NCBI GenBank assembly: GCA_964353855.1
Contig: CAYGWX010000003.1
Span: 32,983-96,982 of the forward strand
Origin: an uncultured bacterium
GTDB lineage: Bacteria; Edwardsbacteria; CAYGWX01
Length of the DNA stretch: 64,000 bases
Direction: 5' to 3'
This document shows, piece after piece, positions 10,607 to 20,318 of the stretch. A model generated the notes under the pieces. That model searched no databases. It worked only from the letters and a program-made list of their open reading frames with translations, and was not told the origin of the DNA. Made by a program: the position numbers and the translations under genes. Within the stretch, counting starts at the first letter, position 1, and each line of letters opens with the position of its first letter.

Positions 10607-12011
10607 GAAAATGATCATCCCCAAGAAGCACGAGATGCCCCGGCAGGATCCCCAGGCCCGGGCCAGGAACTTCAACGAGGTAGCCTTGGGCTATTCCGAG
10701 GAAACCGCGGTCCTGGAGGCCGACCGTTGCCTTTTGTGCAAAAAACCAACCTGCATATCCGGTTGCCCGGTGGAGATCGACATTCCCGCCTTCATCAAGC
10801 GGGTGGCCGAGAAGGATTTCCTGGGCGCGGTGCGGAAAGTGAAGGAAAAGAACGTGCTTCCCGCGATCTGCGGCCGTGTGTGCCCTCAGGAGGACCAGTG
10901 CGAGGTGGTCTGCGCCGTAGGTAAGAAGAACGAGCCTGTAGCTATCGGTCGTTTGGAGAGGTTCGTAGCCGATTACGAAGCTGCTCTGGGTAAGGTTGAG
11001 GTCCCCGAGAGGCCGGCTAAAACAGGGTTCAAAGTAGCTGTGGTCGGGGCCGGCCCGGCAGGCTTGACCGTGGCCGGAGACCTGATCCAGCTGGGACACG
11101 AGGTCACAGTCTTCGAGGCCCTGCACAAGTCCGGCGGCGTGCTGGTCTACGGCATTCCAGAGTTCCGTCTGCCCAAGGCCATTGTCCAGCGCGAGGTGGA
11201 TTATCTTTCTAAGCTTGGGGTGGATATCCGGACGGGATACGTGATCGGCAAGACCGAGACTGTGGATGAGCTTCTGAATAATGGCTACGATGCGGTTTTC
11301 GTGGGAACAGGAGCCGGCCTTCCTTATTTCATGGACATCCCCGGCGAGAACTTGAACGGCGTGTATTCGGCGAATGAGTACCTGACGCGTTCCAATCTGA
11401 TGAAGGCCTACCGCTTTCCGGAATATGATACCCCGATCCGCCTGGGCAAGTTAGTCGCGGTGGTGGGCGCTGGAAACGTGTCCATGGATTCAGCGCGAAC
11501 CGCGCTGCGCTTGGGAGCTGATAAGGTCTACCTCGTCTATCGTCGCTCACGGGCGGAGATGCCGGCCCGTAGAGAAGAAGTCGAAAATGCCGAGGAGGAG
11601 GGGGTCGAATTCCGCCTTCTTACTAACCCGGTGCGAATTCTCGGCGATGAAGAGGGTTGGGTTAAGGGGATGGAGTGCCTGAAGATGGAATTGGGCGACC
11701 CGGACGACTCCGGTCGCCGTCGGCCGGTTCCCATCAAGGGATCGGAGTACGTGATCGAGGTAGATACCGTGGTGATGGCCATCGGACAGGGGCCGAACCC
11801 CCTCGTCCCGGCAACCACCCCGGAGTTGCAGACCACCCGCCATGGCACAATCGTAGCCGATCAGGGGACTGGCAAGACGACCAAGAAGGGTGTGTTCACG
11901 GGAGGAGATATCATGACCGGAGCCGCCACCGTGATCCTGGCCATGGGCACCGGACGCAAGGCGGCACGGGCCATAAACACCTTTTTAAGAGATCCTGCCA
12001 GAACCTGGTAA
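10599..12011 (+). CDS. nfnB: NfnB/SudA/GltD-like NADPH-dependent oxidoreductase large subunit (2x[4Fe-4S], FAD)
   Basis: 470 aa. N-terminal Cys clusters, then two dinucleotide-binding motifs (VAVVGAGPAGL, VAVVGAGNVSMD). Glutamate synthase small-chain family. Confidence 0.75.
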   Translation: MPKKMIIPKKHEMPRQDPQARARNFNEVALGYSEETAVLEADRCLLCKKPTCISGCPVEIDIPAFIKRVAEKDFLGAVRKVKEKNVLPAICGRVCPQEDQCEVVCAVGKKNEPVAIGRLERFVADYEAALGKVEVPERPAKTGFKVAVVGAGPAGLTVAGDLIQLGHEVTVFEALHKSGGVLVYGIPEFRLPKAIVQREVDYLSKLGVDIRTGYVIGKTETVDELLNNGYDAVFVGTGAGLPYFMDIPGENLNGVYSANEYLTRSNLMKAYRFPEYDTPIRLGKLVAVVGAGNVSMDSARTALRLGADKVYLVYRRSRAEMPARREEVENAEEEGVEFRLLTNPVRILGDEEGWVKGMECLKMELGDPDDSGRRRPVPIKGSEYVIEVDTVVMAIGQGPNPLVPATTPELQTTRHGTIVADQGTGKTTKKGVFTGGDIMTGAATVILAMGTGRKAARAINTFLRDPARTW

Positions 12012-12031
12012 CATACTTCGGGACCGAAAAG

Positions 12032-12063
12032 GGCCTCGCCATTAAGGCGAGGCCTCCTTTATT
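12032..12063 (+). terminator. Rho-independent terminator after nfnB
   Basis: ggcctcgcc-attaa-ggcgaggcc perfect 9-bp stem followed by tcctttatt. Confidence 0.6.
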
Positions 12064-12121
12064 AAACCCTGGTTTTAAGGAACTGTGCGTTTTTTCAAGG
12101 GGTTGGAACAATGGGCAACCC

Positions 12122-12151
12122 TTGACAAAATACTGTCAAATCGTTTAAAAT
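12122..12151 (+). promoter_or_regulatory. sigma70-like promoter (TTGACA-18-TAAAAT) for the yceD-rpmF-plsX-fab operon
   Basis: Consensus -35 and near-consensus -10, ~40 nt upstream of the yceD start. Confidence 0.55.
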
Positions 12152-12188
12152 ATATTGTTTAATTACCATACAGCTGTCACGGTTTGCC

Positions 12189-12698
12189 ATGACCAGGATC
12201 GCGATTCGCTCCCTTTGCGAGGGGGAGAACCCATATGCCGTCTGTCACCCTGCCGAGGATCTCGGCCTGAAGATCGAAGGAGGGGCTTTGGCCGGTAAGG
12301 TGGACGTCCAGGGGGCCATCGCAAAATCCCTGTCCTTTCTCGAGTTCAAAGGGATGCTCAATTTCCGGGTTGATTTCGAATGCGCCCGTTGCCTGAAACC
12401 CTTTCTCCGCGAGTTTCGGGTACCTTTTCGCTGTAGTTACGAGCAGGTGAACGAGGTTCGGCCGGGCTGGGAAGTTGCTCTGGATGTGCGTTATATACCA
12501 AGCTCGGCTCAGGATTTGGATATCCTACCTGAAGTTCGCGAGGCCATCGCCTTCGCGCTGCCTCTCGTTCCCCTCTGCCGCATGGACTGCCCCGGGCTTT
12601 GTCCCCGCTGCGGAAGTGACCTCTCCTCGGGGGCCTGCGGGTGTAAACCCATGAAGCAGGATACGCCCTGGGAGGCGTTGAGAAAACTGAAAATCTAA
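12189..12698 (+). CDS. yceD: YceD/DUF177 family protein (large-subunit rRNA accumulation protein)
   Basis: 169 aa with C-terminal CxxC...CxxC. Conserved position immediately upstream of rpmF. Confidence 0.8.
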   Translation: MTRIAIRSLCEGENPYAVCHPAEDLGLKIEGGALAGKVDVQGAIAKSLSFLEFKGMLNFRVDFECARCLKPFLREFRVPFRCSYEQVNEVRPGWEVALDVRYIPSSAQDLDILPEVREAIAFALPLVPLCRMDCPGLCPRCGSDLSSGACGCKPMKQDTPWEALRKLKI

Positions 12699-12713
12699 AG
12701 AGGAGAAGGAAGA

Positions 12714-12896
12714 ATGCCTGTCCCCAAACGTCGGCATTCCAATTCGCGCACCAACAAGCGCCGTGCGAATTGGAAGGTCCGTCCACCGACCGTGGCCACG
12801 TGCGGCCATTGCCACCAGCCCAAACCGCCCCACCGGGTCTGTCCGACCTGCGGCTACTACGGTGAGGAGCAGGTCATAGCCGTCAAGGAAACGTAG
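12714..12896 (+). CDS. rpmF: 50S ribosomal protein L32
   Basis: 60 aa, MPVPKRRHS...CxxC...CxxC. Confidence 0.9.
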   Translation: MPVPKRRHSNSRTNKRRANWKVRPPTVATCGHCHQPKPPHRVCPTCGYYGEEQVIAVKET

Positions 12897-12912
12897 AGTA
12901 CCTTTCCGCGCG

Positions 12913-13920
12913 ATGCGCATCGGCATTGACGCCATGGGGGGCGACCATGCTCCCCGGAATCCGGTCCGAGGCGGAATCGAGGCCGCCCATCTCTGGCCCG
13001 ATCTGGAGATCGTCCTTATTGGCGAGGAGAGCCGAGTCCGGGGGGAGTTGGAGGAAGAGAAGAAGGTTCCCAGGAACATCAGCGTAGTCCATGCCCCGGA
13101 GGTCGTGGGGATGGACGAGCCTCCGGTTCAGGCCCTGCGCAAGAAGCGGAATTCCTCCCTGGGCGTTGCCACCCGATTGCAGCACGAGGGCCAGCTGGAC
13201 GCCTTCATCTCAGCCGGTAACACCGGAGCGGTTATGGCCTTCAGCCTTACAGGCTTGGGAAGACTGGAGGGCGTTGAGCGTCCGGCCCTCGCCACCCTGA
13301 TGCCCACCGAGCAGGGGACTTGTGTGGTTCTTGACGTGGGCGCGAACCTGGATTCCAAGCCCGTTCACCTGGTGCGGTTCGGGATCATGGGTAGCCTGTT
13401 CACGAACTATGCCCTGGGCCGGGAAAAGCCCAAAGTAGGGCTCCTCTCGGTCGGGGAGGAGAGCACCAAGGGTGATGCCCTTACCGTCCGGGCTCACGAG
13501 CTCCTGGCCAAGACCAACCTAAATTTCATCGGCAACGTTGAAGGCCAGGACGTCCTCAAAGGCAAGGCGGACGTCGTGGTCTGCGATGGGTTCGTGGGCA
13601 ACGTGATCTTGAAATTCACCGAGAGTGTGATGTCAATGCTCGAGGCCTCGATCCTGAAATACGTTTATACCAGTATCCGGGCCCGGGCCGGGGTCTTCCT
13701 GATGCGGCCTATCCTCAGGCGCTTCGCCAAGGATCTGGACTACGAAGAGTACGGCGGGGCCCCACTTCTGGGCATTCGTGGGACCGTGATCATCTGTCAC
13801 GGCCGCTCCTCGGGCAAGGCCATCCGCAACGCGGTGCGCGTGGCCCGGCTTGTCGTGGAACAGGGGGTGAACGAAAAGATTAAGCAGGAAATGGCCCTCT
13901 TGAAGGGTGTGGAGGGCTGA
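12913..13920 (+). CDS. plsX: phosphate acyltransferase PlsX
   Basis: 335 aa, MRIGIDAMGGDHAP N-terminus. Confidence 0.9.
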   Translation: MRIGIDAMGGDHAPRNPVRGGIEAAHLWPDLEIVLIGEESRVRGELEEEKKVPRNISVVHAPEVVGMDEPPVQALRKKRNSSLGVATRLQHEGQLDAFISAGNTGAVMAFSLTGLGRLEGVERPALATLMPTEQGTCVVLDVGANLDSKPVHLVRFGIMGSLFTNYALGREKPKVGLLSVGEESTKGDALTVRAHELLAKTNLNFIGNVEGQDVLKGKADVVVCDGFVGNVILKFTESVMSMLEASILKYVYTSIRARAGVFLMRPILRRFAKDLDYEEYGGAPLLGIRGTVIICHGRSSGKAIRNAVRVARLVVEQGVNEKIKQEMALLKGVEG

Positions 13921-14897
13921 TGAAGGTCTTCCTCCTGGGCACGGGAAGCGCGGTCCCGGACAAGGTGCTGACCAATGCTTACTTCGAGAAGATCGTGGAG
14001 ACCTCGGACGAATGGATCCGCACCCGGACAGGCATTCGCGAGCGGCGGATGGCGGATGAGAAAACCGTGTCCTCGGACCTGGCCCGTGAAGCATCCTTAA
14101 AGGCTCTGGAGATGTCCAAGGTCACAGTTAAGGACCTGGACATCATCCTGGTCGCCAATGTGACCGGGGATACCCCGTTTCCTTCCACGGCTTGCCACCT
14201 GCAAGCAAAGCTCGGAGCCAAGGGGGCTGTGGCTTTTGACATCGCCGCGGCCTGCTCAGGGTTCTTGTTCGGCCTGGAGATGGGGAGGAGCATCCTGGAA
14301 ACGGGAAGATACAAGACGATCCTCCTCGTGGGTGTGGAGATGCTCACCAGGATCACGGACTACAAGGATCGCAGTACCTGCGTCCTGTTCGGCGATGCCG
14401 CGGGAGCCGTGGTCCTGAAGCCCGGAACCAAAGGCCACGAGCTCCTGTCTGTTCATCTTGGCACCGACGGCTCTTTAGCTCATCTTCTCGAGCTACCCGC
14501 AGGGGGGTCCCGGCATCCGGCCTCCCACGAGACCGTGGAGAAAAGGATGCACTTTATGAAAATGTCCGGGCACGAGGTCTTCAAGCATGCGGTCCGGGCC
14601 ATGCAGGATGCAGCGGTTACGGCCCTCAAGCAGGCCGGACTCAAGGAGAGCGATGTGGATTTTCTGATTCCGCATCAAGCCAATATCCGGATCATTGACG
14701 CCACCGCAAAACGGTTGAAGCTCCCCTCTGAGAAAGTGTATGTGAATATCGACCGTTATGGCAACACCTCTACCGCTTCCATTCCTTTGGCGATGGATGA
14801 GGCCAACCGTAAAGGGCTTCTCAAAAAAGGCATGAACGTGGTCCTGGCTGCCTTCGGGGGTGGTCTCACATGGGCCGCAGCCGTGATCCGGTGGTAG
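13920..14897 (+). CDS. fabH: 3-oxoacyl-ACP synthase III
   Basis: 325 aa. The active-site Cys motif AAACSGF matches the KAS III family. Confidence 0.9.
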   Translation: MKVFLLGTGSAVPDKVLTNAYFEKIVETSDEWIRTRTGIRERRMADEKTVSSDLAREASLKALEMSKVTVKDLDIILVANVTGDTPFPSTACHLQAKLGAKGAVAFDIAAACSGFLFGLEMGRSILETGRYKTILLVGVEMLTRITDYKDRSTCVLFGDAAGAVVLKPGTKGHELLSVHLGTDGSLAHLLELPAGGSRHPASHETVEKRMHFMKMSGHEVFKHAVRAMQDAAVTALKQAGLKESDVDFLIPHQANIRIIDATAKRLKLPSEKVYVNIDRYGNTSTASIPLAMDEANRKGLLKKGMNVVLAAFGGGLTWAAAVIRW

Positions 14898-15057
14898 GAC
14901 AAGAGTTTCGGGGTTGGGACCATCTTTGAATTGAAGGATTATATCGTTTTGTTATCATGTTAGTTAGACCATGTAAGTTAAAGCGGATATACATACGAGC
15001 ACCTAAGTATAAATGAACATACGAAACTACCCCTATTTTCCGGTTAGGAGCTGTGAA

Positions 15058-15103
15058 GAGGGCGTGAAATGGGCGTGAGGTGGTCGTGAAGTGGTCGGAA
15101 ACC
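15058..15103. repeat. R1 repeat: three tandem 11-bp units (GGCGTGAAATG / GGCGTGAGGTG / GTCGTGAAGTG) ending in tcggaaacc. An inverted copy lies at 52450..52495.
   Basis: A 21-nt exact match (gagggcgtgaaatgggcgtga) plus similar flanks, seen by direct comparison of the two intergenic regions. Confidence 0.6.
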
Positions 15104-15222
15104 CTTCCTGGATTGAGGAGCTTTGTCGGCCCTCCCGCTTGGGGAAAGGGCAGAGGGTGTTTGGCCATACCATACGGTTGTCGGACCTCCTTGGGCGCGA
15201 AAGTTAAAGTTCCGACCTGAAC

Positions 15223-16155
15223 ATGGCTAAGATTGCGTTCTTATTTCCTGGTCAGGGGTCGCAGTATGTGGGCATGGGAAAGGACCTTTATCAGGGCTTT
15301 GCCACAGCCAAGGCCATCTTTGAGGAGGCCAATAACGTCCTGGGCTTTGACCTGGCAAGGGTCTGCTTTGAAGGACCTGAAGAGGAGCTGAAGAAGACCA
15401 AGAACACGCAACCTGCGATCCTGGTTCACAGCGTGGCAGTCTTGCGCTTGCTGATTAATGAAGGCATCCATCCGGACATGGCGGCCGGTCACAGTCTGGG
15501 TGAGTATTCGGCCCAGGTATCCGCAGGCTCCCTCAAGTTTCAGGATGCGGTGCGCTTGGTGCGCCTCAGGGGGGAGCTGATGTATCAGGCAGGGTTGGAT
15601 AGGCCCGGGACCATGGCGGCAATCGTTGGACTTTCGGGAGGGAAGGTGGAGGAACTTTGCCGCCAGGCATCGCAGAACGGCATTGTGTGTGTGGCGAACT
15701 ACAATTCTCCAGTCCAGGTGGTCGTTTCCGGAGAGATAATTGCTGTGGAAATGGCGATGTCCTTGGCTAGGTCAGCCGGGGCGAAGATGACTGTAAAGCT
15801 TGAAGTTTCGGGGGCTTTTCACTCTCCCTTGATGGATGGCGCTTACCTGGGTCTTAAGGATGCCCTAGAAAAGATCGAGATCCATGAAGCACATTTCCCA
15901 GTGGTGGCGAACGCTTCTGCAGAGCCTGTCCTGAAGGCCTGCGATGTCCGAAGAATGCTCCAGGAGCAGTTGCTTTCCCCGGTACTCTGGGAGCCTTCCC
16001 TGCGCCGGATGATTGCAATGGGAGCAACTCAGTTCTTGGAGCTCGGGCCTGGGAAAGTTCTGACAGGGCTCCTGAAAAAGTTGGAAGAAAACCTTTCCTG
16101 TGTTAACGTGGATGGGGCAGCGTCCCTGGCCGAAACCGTTGATAAATTGAGGTAA
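15223..16155 (+). CDS. fabD: malonyl CoA-ACP transacylase
   Basis: 310 aa with the GHSLGEYSA active-site motif. Confidence 0.9.
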   Translation: MAKIAFLFPGQGSQYVGMGKDLYQGFATAKAIFEEANNVLGFDLARVCFEGPEEELKKTKNTQPAILVHSVAVLRLLINEGIHPDMAAGHSLGEYSAQVSAGSLKFQDAVRLVRLRGELMYQAGLDRPGTMAAIVGLSGGKVEELCRQASQNGIVCVANYNSPVQVVVSGEIIAVEMAMSLARSAGAKMTVKLEVSGAFHSPLMDGAYLGLKDALEKIEIHEAHFPVVANASAEPVLKACDVRRMLQEQLLSPVLWEPSLRRMIAMGATQFLELGPGKVLTGLLKKLEENLSCVNVDGAASLAETVDKLR

Positions 16156-16160
16156 CGGGA

Positions 16161-16907
16161 ATGCCCGAAGGAAGCTTGAAGGGCAAAACGGCTCTGGTGA
16201 CCGGAGCGGCGCAGGGAATCGGTAAGGCGATCGGCCTCAGGCTGGGTCGAGAAGGGGCCGTGGTTGCTGCCTGCGACCTGAACCTGCCTTTGGCAGAGGC
16301 TACGGTCCAGGAGATCAGGGACTCGGGAGCAAAGGCTAAGGCCTACCTTTTGAATGTGACCAACGCCGAGGAAGTGGAGAGGGTCGTGGAAGAGGCAGCT
16401 AAGGAGTTCGGACACATAGACATCCTGGTGAACAACGCCGGGATCACGAAGGACGCCCTGCTTCTGCGCATGGAGGAGGAAGCCTGGGATGCGGTGTTGA
16501 GCGTGAACCTGAAAGGTACGTTCCTTCTTTCCAAGGCCTGTGCCCGATTGATGATCAAGCAGCGCTTCGGCCGGATCGTGAACATCTCCTCCGTCAGCGG
16601 TCAGCGGGGCAATGCCGGGCAGTCGAACTATGCCGCATCCAAGGCGGGAATCATCGGGTTCACCAAATCCCTGTCCAAGGAGCTGGGAGCCCGGGGCGTC
16701 ACGGTAAATGCGGTTGCCCCCGGATTCATCCAGACCGCCATGACCGAAGGCCTTCCCCAGGAGATCAAAGACTCTTACCTGATGCAGATCCCCCTGGGCC
16801 GGCTGGGTACGCCTGAGGACATCGCCGGAGCTGTGGCCTTCCTATGCTCGGAGGACGGAGCCTATATCTCTGGCGAGATTCTGGGTGTGAACGGCGGCAT
16901 GTACTGA
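16161..16907 (+). CDS. fabG: 3-oxoacyl-ACP reductase
   Basis: 248 aa SDR with TGAAQGIGKA and YxxxK motifs. Confidence 0.9.
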   Translation: MPEGSLKGKTALVTGAAQGIGKAIGLRLGREGAVVAACDLNLPLAEATVQEIRDSGAKAKAYLLNVTNAEEVERVVEEAAKEFGHIDILVNNAGITKDALLLRMEEEAWDAVLSVNLKGTFLLSKACARLMIKQRFGRIVNISSVSGQRGNAGQSNYAASKAGIIGFTKSLSKELGARGVTVNAVAPGFIQTAMTEGLPQEIKDSYLMQIPLGRLGTPEDIAGAVAFLCSEDGAYISGEILGVNGGMY

Positions 16908-16964
16908 TTTAAAAGTTAATCGGGACCCCTTTAATAGAGAATCCCAAAGAGGAGGATGAGAGGC

Positions 16965-17216
16965 ATGGCATTGACGGACGATGTCAAAAAGATAATCGTA
17001 GAGCAATTGGGCGTGAACGATGCGCAGGTGGTTACCACAGCGAAGTTCATCGAGGACTTGGGCGCCGATTCCCTGGACCAGGTGGAACTGATCATGGCCT
17101 TCGAGGAGAAATTTGGTCTGGAGATACCGGATGCCGAGGCCGAGAAACTGGTCACGGTAGGCACGGCCATCGAATACCTCGAAAAGAAGCTGGCCGAGAA
17201 AGGAACTGCAAAATAG
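16965..17216 (+). CDS. acpP: acyl carrier protein
   Basis: DLGADSLD phosphopantetheine attachment site. Probable start at MALTDD, three codons inside the track ORF. Confidence 0.9.
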   Translation: MALTDDVKKIIVEQLGVNDAQVVTTAKFIEDLGADSLDQVELIMAFEEKFGLEIPDAEAEKLVTVGTAIEYLEKKLAEKGTAK

Positions 17217-17238
17217 CCTGCCGGCTGATGATTCGACC

Positions 17239-18480
17239 ATGAAGAGACGGGTTGTCATCACCGGGATGGGCACCATAACCCCAGTCGGCCTGAATGTGAA
17301 CGAGTTCTGGTCGTCGCTGGTGGCAGGCAAGGGGGGTGTAGGGCGTATCACGCGTTTCGACGCTTCCGCCTTCTCCACCCAAATCGCGGCCGAGGTAAAG
17401 GGTTTCGATCCATCCTCGGTCATCGACCGCAAGGAGCTCCGGCGGCAGGATCGTTTTGTGCATTATGCGATTGTGGCAACCCACGAGGCTTTGGTGGACT
17501 CCAAACTGGAGCTGGACAAGGAGGATCGCGACCGGATCGGGGTCTTGGTGGGATCCGGCATCGGAGGGACAGAGACTTGGGAGGCTCAGTTGCAAAAGCT
17601 GAGGGACTTCGGCCCAGACCGGATCAGCCCATTTTTCGTTCCCATGATGATCATCGATATGGCTTCAGGCGAGATCTCCATCCGCTGGAACCTGAGGGGG
17701 CCCAATTTCGCCACGGTCTCGGCCTGTGCCACTTCCGCTCACGCCATCGGGGAATCCTTCCATATAATTACCCGCGGGGACGCGGACATTATGGTCACCG
17801 GAGGCAGCGAGGCGGCAATCACTCCTCTGTCCATGGCAGGATTCTGCTCTATGCGGGCACTCTCCCGGCGCAACGACGCCCCGGAGAAAGCCTCTCGCCC
17901 CTTCGAATTGAACCGGGATGGGTTCGTGATGGGGGAGGGATCGGGCATTCTGGTCTTGGAGGAAATGGAGAGGGCCAAAGCAAGGGGGGTGAGGATTTAC
18001 GCTGAGTTGGCCGGGTATGGCGCGACCGCTGACGCTTACCATATGACGGCCCCGGCGCCGGGAGGGGAGGGAGCGGCCCGTGCGATGCGGGCAGCTCTGT
18101 CCTCCGCAGGAATGTCACCTGAGGAAGTCGGCTACGTGAACGCTCACGGGACTTCCACCGACTTGAACGATAAATACGAGACAATTGCTATCAAGACCGT
18201 TTTTGGGAGCCATGTCTCGAAACTGGCGATCAGTTCCACTAAGTCCCTGACCGGCCACCTGCTCGGGGCCGCCGGAGTCATCGAAACGATCGCCACCGCC
18301 AAGACCTTAGTCGAGGGCATCGTTCATCCCACAATCAATTACGAGATCCCAGATCCGGAGTGTGATCTGGATTATGTGCCGAATAAGGCCAGGAAGCTTG
18401 CGGTCACCGCCGCGATCTCGAACTCCTTCGGTTTCGGCGGACACAACGTCTGTCTGGCGCTTAAAAGATATCAAGGGTAA
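17239..18480 (+). CDS. fabF: 3-oxoacyl-ACP synthase II
   Basis: 413 aa KAS I/II family ([22 protein letters not shown]). Confidence 0.9.
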   Translation: MKRRVVITGMGTITPVGLNVNEFWSSLVAGKGGVGRITRFDASAFSTQIAAEVKGFDPSSVIDRKELRRQDRFVHYAIVATHEALVDSKLELDKEDRDRIGVLVGSGIGGTETWEAQLQKLRDFGPDRISPFFVPMMIIDMASGEISIRWNLRGPNFATVSACATSAHAIGESFHIITRGDADIMVTGGSEAAITPLSMAGFCSMRALSRRNDAPEKASRPFELNRDGFVMGEGSGILVLEEMERAKARGVRIYAELAGYGATADAYHMTAPAPGGEGAARAMRAALSSAGMSPEEVGYVNAHGTSTDLNDKYETIAIKTVFGSHVSKLAISSTKSLTGHLLGAAGVIETIATAKTLVEGIVHPTINYEIPDPECDLDYVPNKARKLAVTAAISNSFGFGGHNVCLALKRYQG

Positions 18481-18482
18481 GT

Positions 18483-19220
18483 TTGAGACGTTTTCTTAGA
18501 GAGATATTTTCCAAGAAAAGGCCGGATCCCTTACGGCGTGCCCTGATCAGGGAGTTAGAGAGGACTTCGGGATGCCGTTTCCGTAATGTCACTCTTCTGG
18601 AACATGCCCTAACTCACCGTTCTCACGTGGCTCCCAAGCGGGAACGCTCCAATGAGCGTTTGGAGTTCCTGGGCGATGCCGTCCTCGGGCTCATCGTCTG
18701 CCAACATCTTTTTCATATTTTTCCCGAGAAGCGTGAAGGCGAGCTTACGGAAGTTAAATCCAGGCTGGTCTCTAAGGCCGTCCTGGCCGAGCGAGCTCAG
18801 CGGATGGGATTGGGAAAGTACATGTTGATAAGCGAGTCCGAAATCCGGAACGGGGGTAGGGAACGACAAAGCATCCTGGCAGATGCCTACGAGGCTTTGA
18901 TCGCGGCCGTTTATCTCGACTGCGGGCTCAAATCGGCGCGCGAGTTCGTCACCCGGGATATTCTCGACGATATGGAAACCTTGTTTTCATCTCAGGAAGG
19001 AGTCAACTATAAAAGCCTTCTCCAGCATGAAGCCCAGGGCAAGAATCTTGGAAACCTGCGTTATCGGTTGAAGGCTGAACAGGGCCCGGAACACGACAAG
19101 ACCTTCGATATCGAGGTCTGGATCGGGCGTCGGAAGTTTGGCAAAGGAAACGGACGAACCCGTAAGGAGGCAGAGCAGCGCGCGGCCTCGACCGCCTTGG
19201 TTAAGTTGCGAAGCGGATGA
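18483..19220 (+). CDS. rnc: ribonuclease III
   Basis: 245 aa with the ERLEFLGDAVL RNase III signature and a dsRBD C-terminus. Confidence 0.85.
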   Translation: MRRFLREIFSKKRPDPLRRALIRELERTSGCRFRNVTLLEHALTHRSHVAPKRERSNERLEFLGDAVLGLIVCQHLFHIFPEKREGELTEVKSRLVSKAVLAERAQRMGLGKYMLISESEIRNGGRERQSILADAYEALIAAVYLDCGLKSAREFVTRDILDDMETLFSSQEGVNYKSLLQHEAQGKNLGNLRYRLKAEQGPEHDKTFDIEVWIGRRKFGKGNGRTRKEAEQRAASTALVKLRSG

Positions 19221-19504
19221 TCTTCTTTTGCGACAGGATTAATGTTAGTCTTTCCGAGGAAGGATTACCCGTCCAATTCGTCTGGAAGGGCGTTAGCCGT
19301 AAAATCGTCAAAGTGGAAAGAGGTTGGCAGGAATACGGCCTGCCTAAAAGCGGTTCTCCCAAGAGTCAAACCTGGCTGCTAAGGCGCCACCGTAACTACT
19401 TTCGGGTTCGTACCGAGGAAGAGCGGCGTTTCCAGATCTATATGGATCGGGGCTCAAGGGGATTACGCCGAGAATGGATTTTGGAACAGGAGCTTGTTGA
19501 TTGA
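19217..19504 (+). CDS. hypothetical small basic protein overlapping the rnc stop
   Basis: 95-aa ORF with a 4-nt overlap with rnc. No recognisable family, so it may be spurious. Confidence 0.35.
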   Translation: MIFFCDRINVSLSEEGLPVQFVWKGVSRKIVKVERGWQEYGLPKSGSPKSQTWLLRRHRNYFRVRTEEERRFQIYMDRGSRGLRREWILEQELVD

Positions 19505-19523
19505 TTCTAAAGGGGGATAAAAC

Positions 19524-20309
19524 TTGAACATCGTCGTATGCATCAAACAGGTTCCGGATATTGCGACTATCCGATTTGAGCCGGGAGCGGAAAGGGTGGA
19601 TATTTCCGGGGCCACTTTGATCATCAACCCGATGGACGAATACGCCCTCGAGGAAGGACTCCGCCTGAGAGAAAAATATGGGGGGAAAGTCACAGCCATT
19701 TCCCTGGGCACTAAGGAAACCGAGGAGACTCTTCGAACCGCAATTGCTTTTGGAATTGACGAGGGGATATTGGTCTCCGATCCTCTTTTTGAGAGCAGCG
19801 ATACTTATGTGACCGCTTATGTTCTGGCTCAAGCAATTAAGAAGTTGGGCTCGTTCCATTTGGTTTTATTTGGTAAATCTAGCTCGGACAGTGATACGGC
19901 TTGGACGGGGCCTGCGGTAGCCGAATTTCTCGGCATCCCTGATGTGGCTTTCGTCAAAAAGATAGAAGAGATATCCGAGAGCAGGGCCCGGGTCCAGCGG
20001 ATGATGGAGGAAGGCTCCGACCTTATTGAAACCTCTCTGCCGGCCGTGTTCACGGTTGTCAAAGAAATAAACGAACCTCGGCTGCCTTCCCTCAAGGGGA
20101 AATTGAAGGCCAAATCCTATAAGGTCCCTATCTGGACCGCTACCGATTTAGGTATAGATTCTACCAAAATAGGAAAGGCTGGAGTCAAAAGCCAACTCCT
20201 AAGGATCTGGGTGCCTGAAGCCCGTAAGGGTGGTACTGTCTTTCAGGGTGAGCCTGAGGATGTTGCTGCCCAATTGGTGGAGATTTTAAAAGATCAACAA
20301 ATCCTCTAA
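19524..20309 (+). CDS. etfB: electron transfer flavoprotein beta subunit
   Basis: 261 aa, MNIVVCIKQVPD N-terminus typical of EtfB. Confidence 0.85.
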   Translation: MNIVVCIKQVPDIATIRFEPGAERVDISGATLIINPMDEYALEEGLRLREKYGGKVTAISLGTKETEETLRTAIAFGIDEGILVSDPLFESSDTYVTAYVLAQAIKKLGSFHLVLFGKSSSDSDTAWTGPAVAEFLGIPDVAFVKKIEEISESRARVQRMMEEGSDLIETSLPAVFTVVKEINEPRLPSLKGKLKAKSYKVPIWTATDLGIDSTKIGKAGVKSQLLRIWVPEARKGGTVFQGEPEDVAAQLVEILKDQQIL

Positions 20310-20318
20310 AGAAGGACA

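Noticed and set aside
14866-15168. 100-aa minus-strand ORF spanning the fabH-fabD gap
   Set aside because: Covers the AT-rich block and the repeats. No RBS. Likely spurious.
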